This document shows positions 63,291 to 64,000 of a stretch of 64,000 nucleotides of DNA, piece after piece. Source of the stretch: Chitinophaga pinensis (lineage in GTDB: Bacteria; Bacteroidota; Bacteroidia; UBA7662); assembly GCA_945874665.1 (NCBI GenBank), contig CAMCHJ010000008.1, positions 3,880-67,879 of the forward strand. Reading direction: 5' to 3'. Position 1 is the stretch's first letter. Each line of letters starts with the position of its first letter. A program made the translations under genes and the position numbers. The notes beneath the pieces were generated by a model that was given only the letters and a program-made list of their open reading frames with translations, searched no databases and was not told the DNA's origin.

Positions 63291-63725
63291 TTAAATCACG
63301 TGCTTGTCGGTGCGCCAAGTCTTAATGCGTTGGCGAATTTGTTTGCCCGTGAGCCGTTCCGCTAAAGTTTGTTCGATCAACAGTAATAATTCTTCATCCG
63401 AGGCCAAGCGTAAAGCCGCAATTTGTTGAATGTTCAGCTGCTGCTCCAGTTTACGGAAGCTTTTACCTGCCAATTCCAAATAGCGCAAACGCATTTCCAA
63501 CATCATGATGCGGCGTTGGTTGCGGAAAGGTAAACGGCGACTTTGCAAGCCAATCAACAAAATCAATACGCTTAACAACGCGAAATAGGCTACTTCAATG
63601 CCAGCGCCCTCGTAACTGTACACCACCAGCATGTAAACACAAACCGCAAAAAAGGTGAGTGCAAGCGGAAAAATCAATAAATGGTACAGGGGTTGGAAAC
63701 GGAAATACTTGCGATAGAAATTCAT
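63291..63725 (-). CDS. Membrane protein (DUF6526-like)
   Basis: Two TM helices, then RI..LEMRLRY...Q..ALR.ASDEEL...I...I..W..D. Confidence 0.7.
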   Translation of the reverse strand: MNFYRKYFRFQPLYHLLIFPLALTFFAVCVYMLVVYSYEGAGIEVAYFALLSVLILLIGLQSRRLPFRNQRRIMMLEMRLRYLELAGKSFRKLEQQLNIQQIAALRLASDEELLLLIEQTLAERLTGKQIRQRIKTWRTDKHVI

Positions 63726-63859
63726 GACGAGCGATTAAAGCACAAACTTATTCAAAAATAACGAGGCTTGTGATAAAGCCTATCGTTGAATACACAAAAA
63801 GCCGGAATTTCTAGCTTTTGGCTTTCCATCCCGGCTTCCACCTAAAAAAAACGCTGCTC

Positions 63860-64000
63860 TTAAAGAATATCAATCAAGCGGGGTTGCGGCGCTTTTTCCG
63901 CTTCCTTTTTTGGGATCACCAATTTCAAGAGGCCAGCTTCATAAGTGGCTTTGATTTGGTTGTCTTGAATGTTTTCTGGCAAAGAAAACGAACGTTCGAA
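63860..64000 (-). CDS. Hsp20/alpha-crystallin family protein, 3' end only (runs off the window)
   Basis: Manual translation FERSFSLPENIQDNQIKATYEAGLLKLVIPKKEAEKAPQPRLIDIL-stop. Confidence 0.88.
   Translation of the reverse strand, partial: FERSFSLPENIQDNQIKATYEAGLLKLVIPKKEAEKAPQPRLIDIL

Overview
This is a 64-kb stretch of mostly core chromosome from a Bacteroidota (Bacteroidetes) bacterium. The assignment rests on TAnnTTTG -7 promoter elements, five T9SS cargo proteins, a 3-subunit sdhCAB operon and the miaB-sigma54 activator-lptE-TPR-secG-groESL cluster. It carries about 60 CDS (rpsO, accD, fbaB, comEC, apbE, pdxH, a DNA ligase/exonuclease pair, pdhB, sdhCAB, groESL, miaB, ahpC, mazG, the suf operon, fabH and others) and four tRNAs (Lys-UUU, Arg-UCU, Ser-GCU, Pro-UGG). 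I saw no integrase, transposase, prophage, rRNA or CRISPR array. The most interesting signals are small and mostly non-coding. (1) An AT-rich four-helix-bundle (23S rRNA IVS-type) gene sits between sufB and sufC, bracketed by inverted arrays of a 7-bp repeat. (2) Two ~142-bp structured repeats follow tRNA-Pro, end in a copy of the tRNA 3' segment and show compensatory base changes. (3) Two clusters of a 22-bp REP-like hairpin are present, one partly nested in an inverted 9-bp repeat pair. (4) Candidate regulator boxes are shared by suf/sdh and by groES/miaB. All calls are by eye from the sequence and ORF track; no searches were run.
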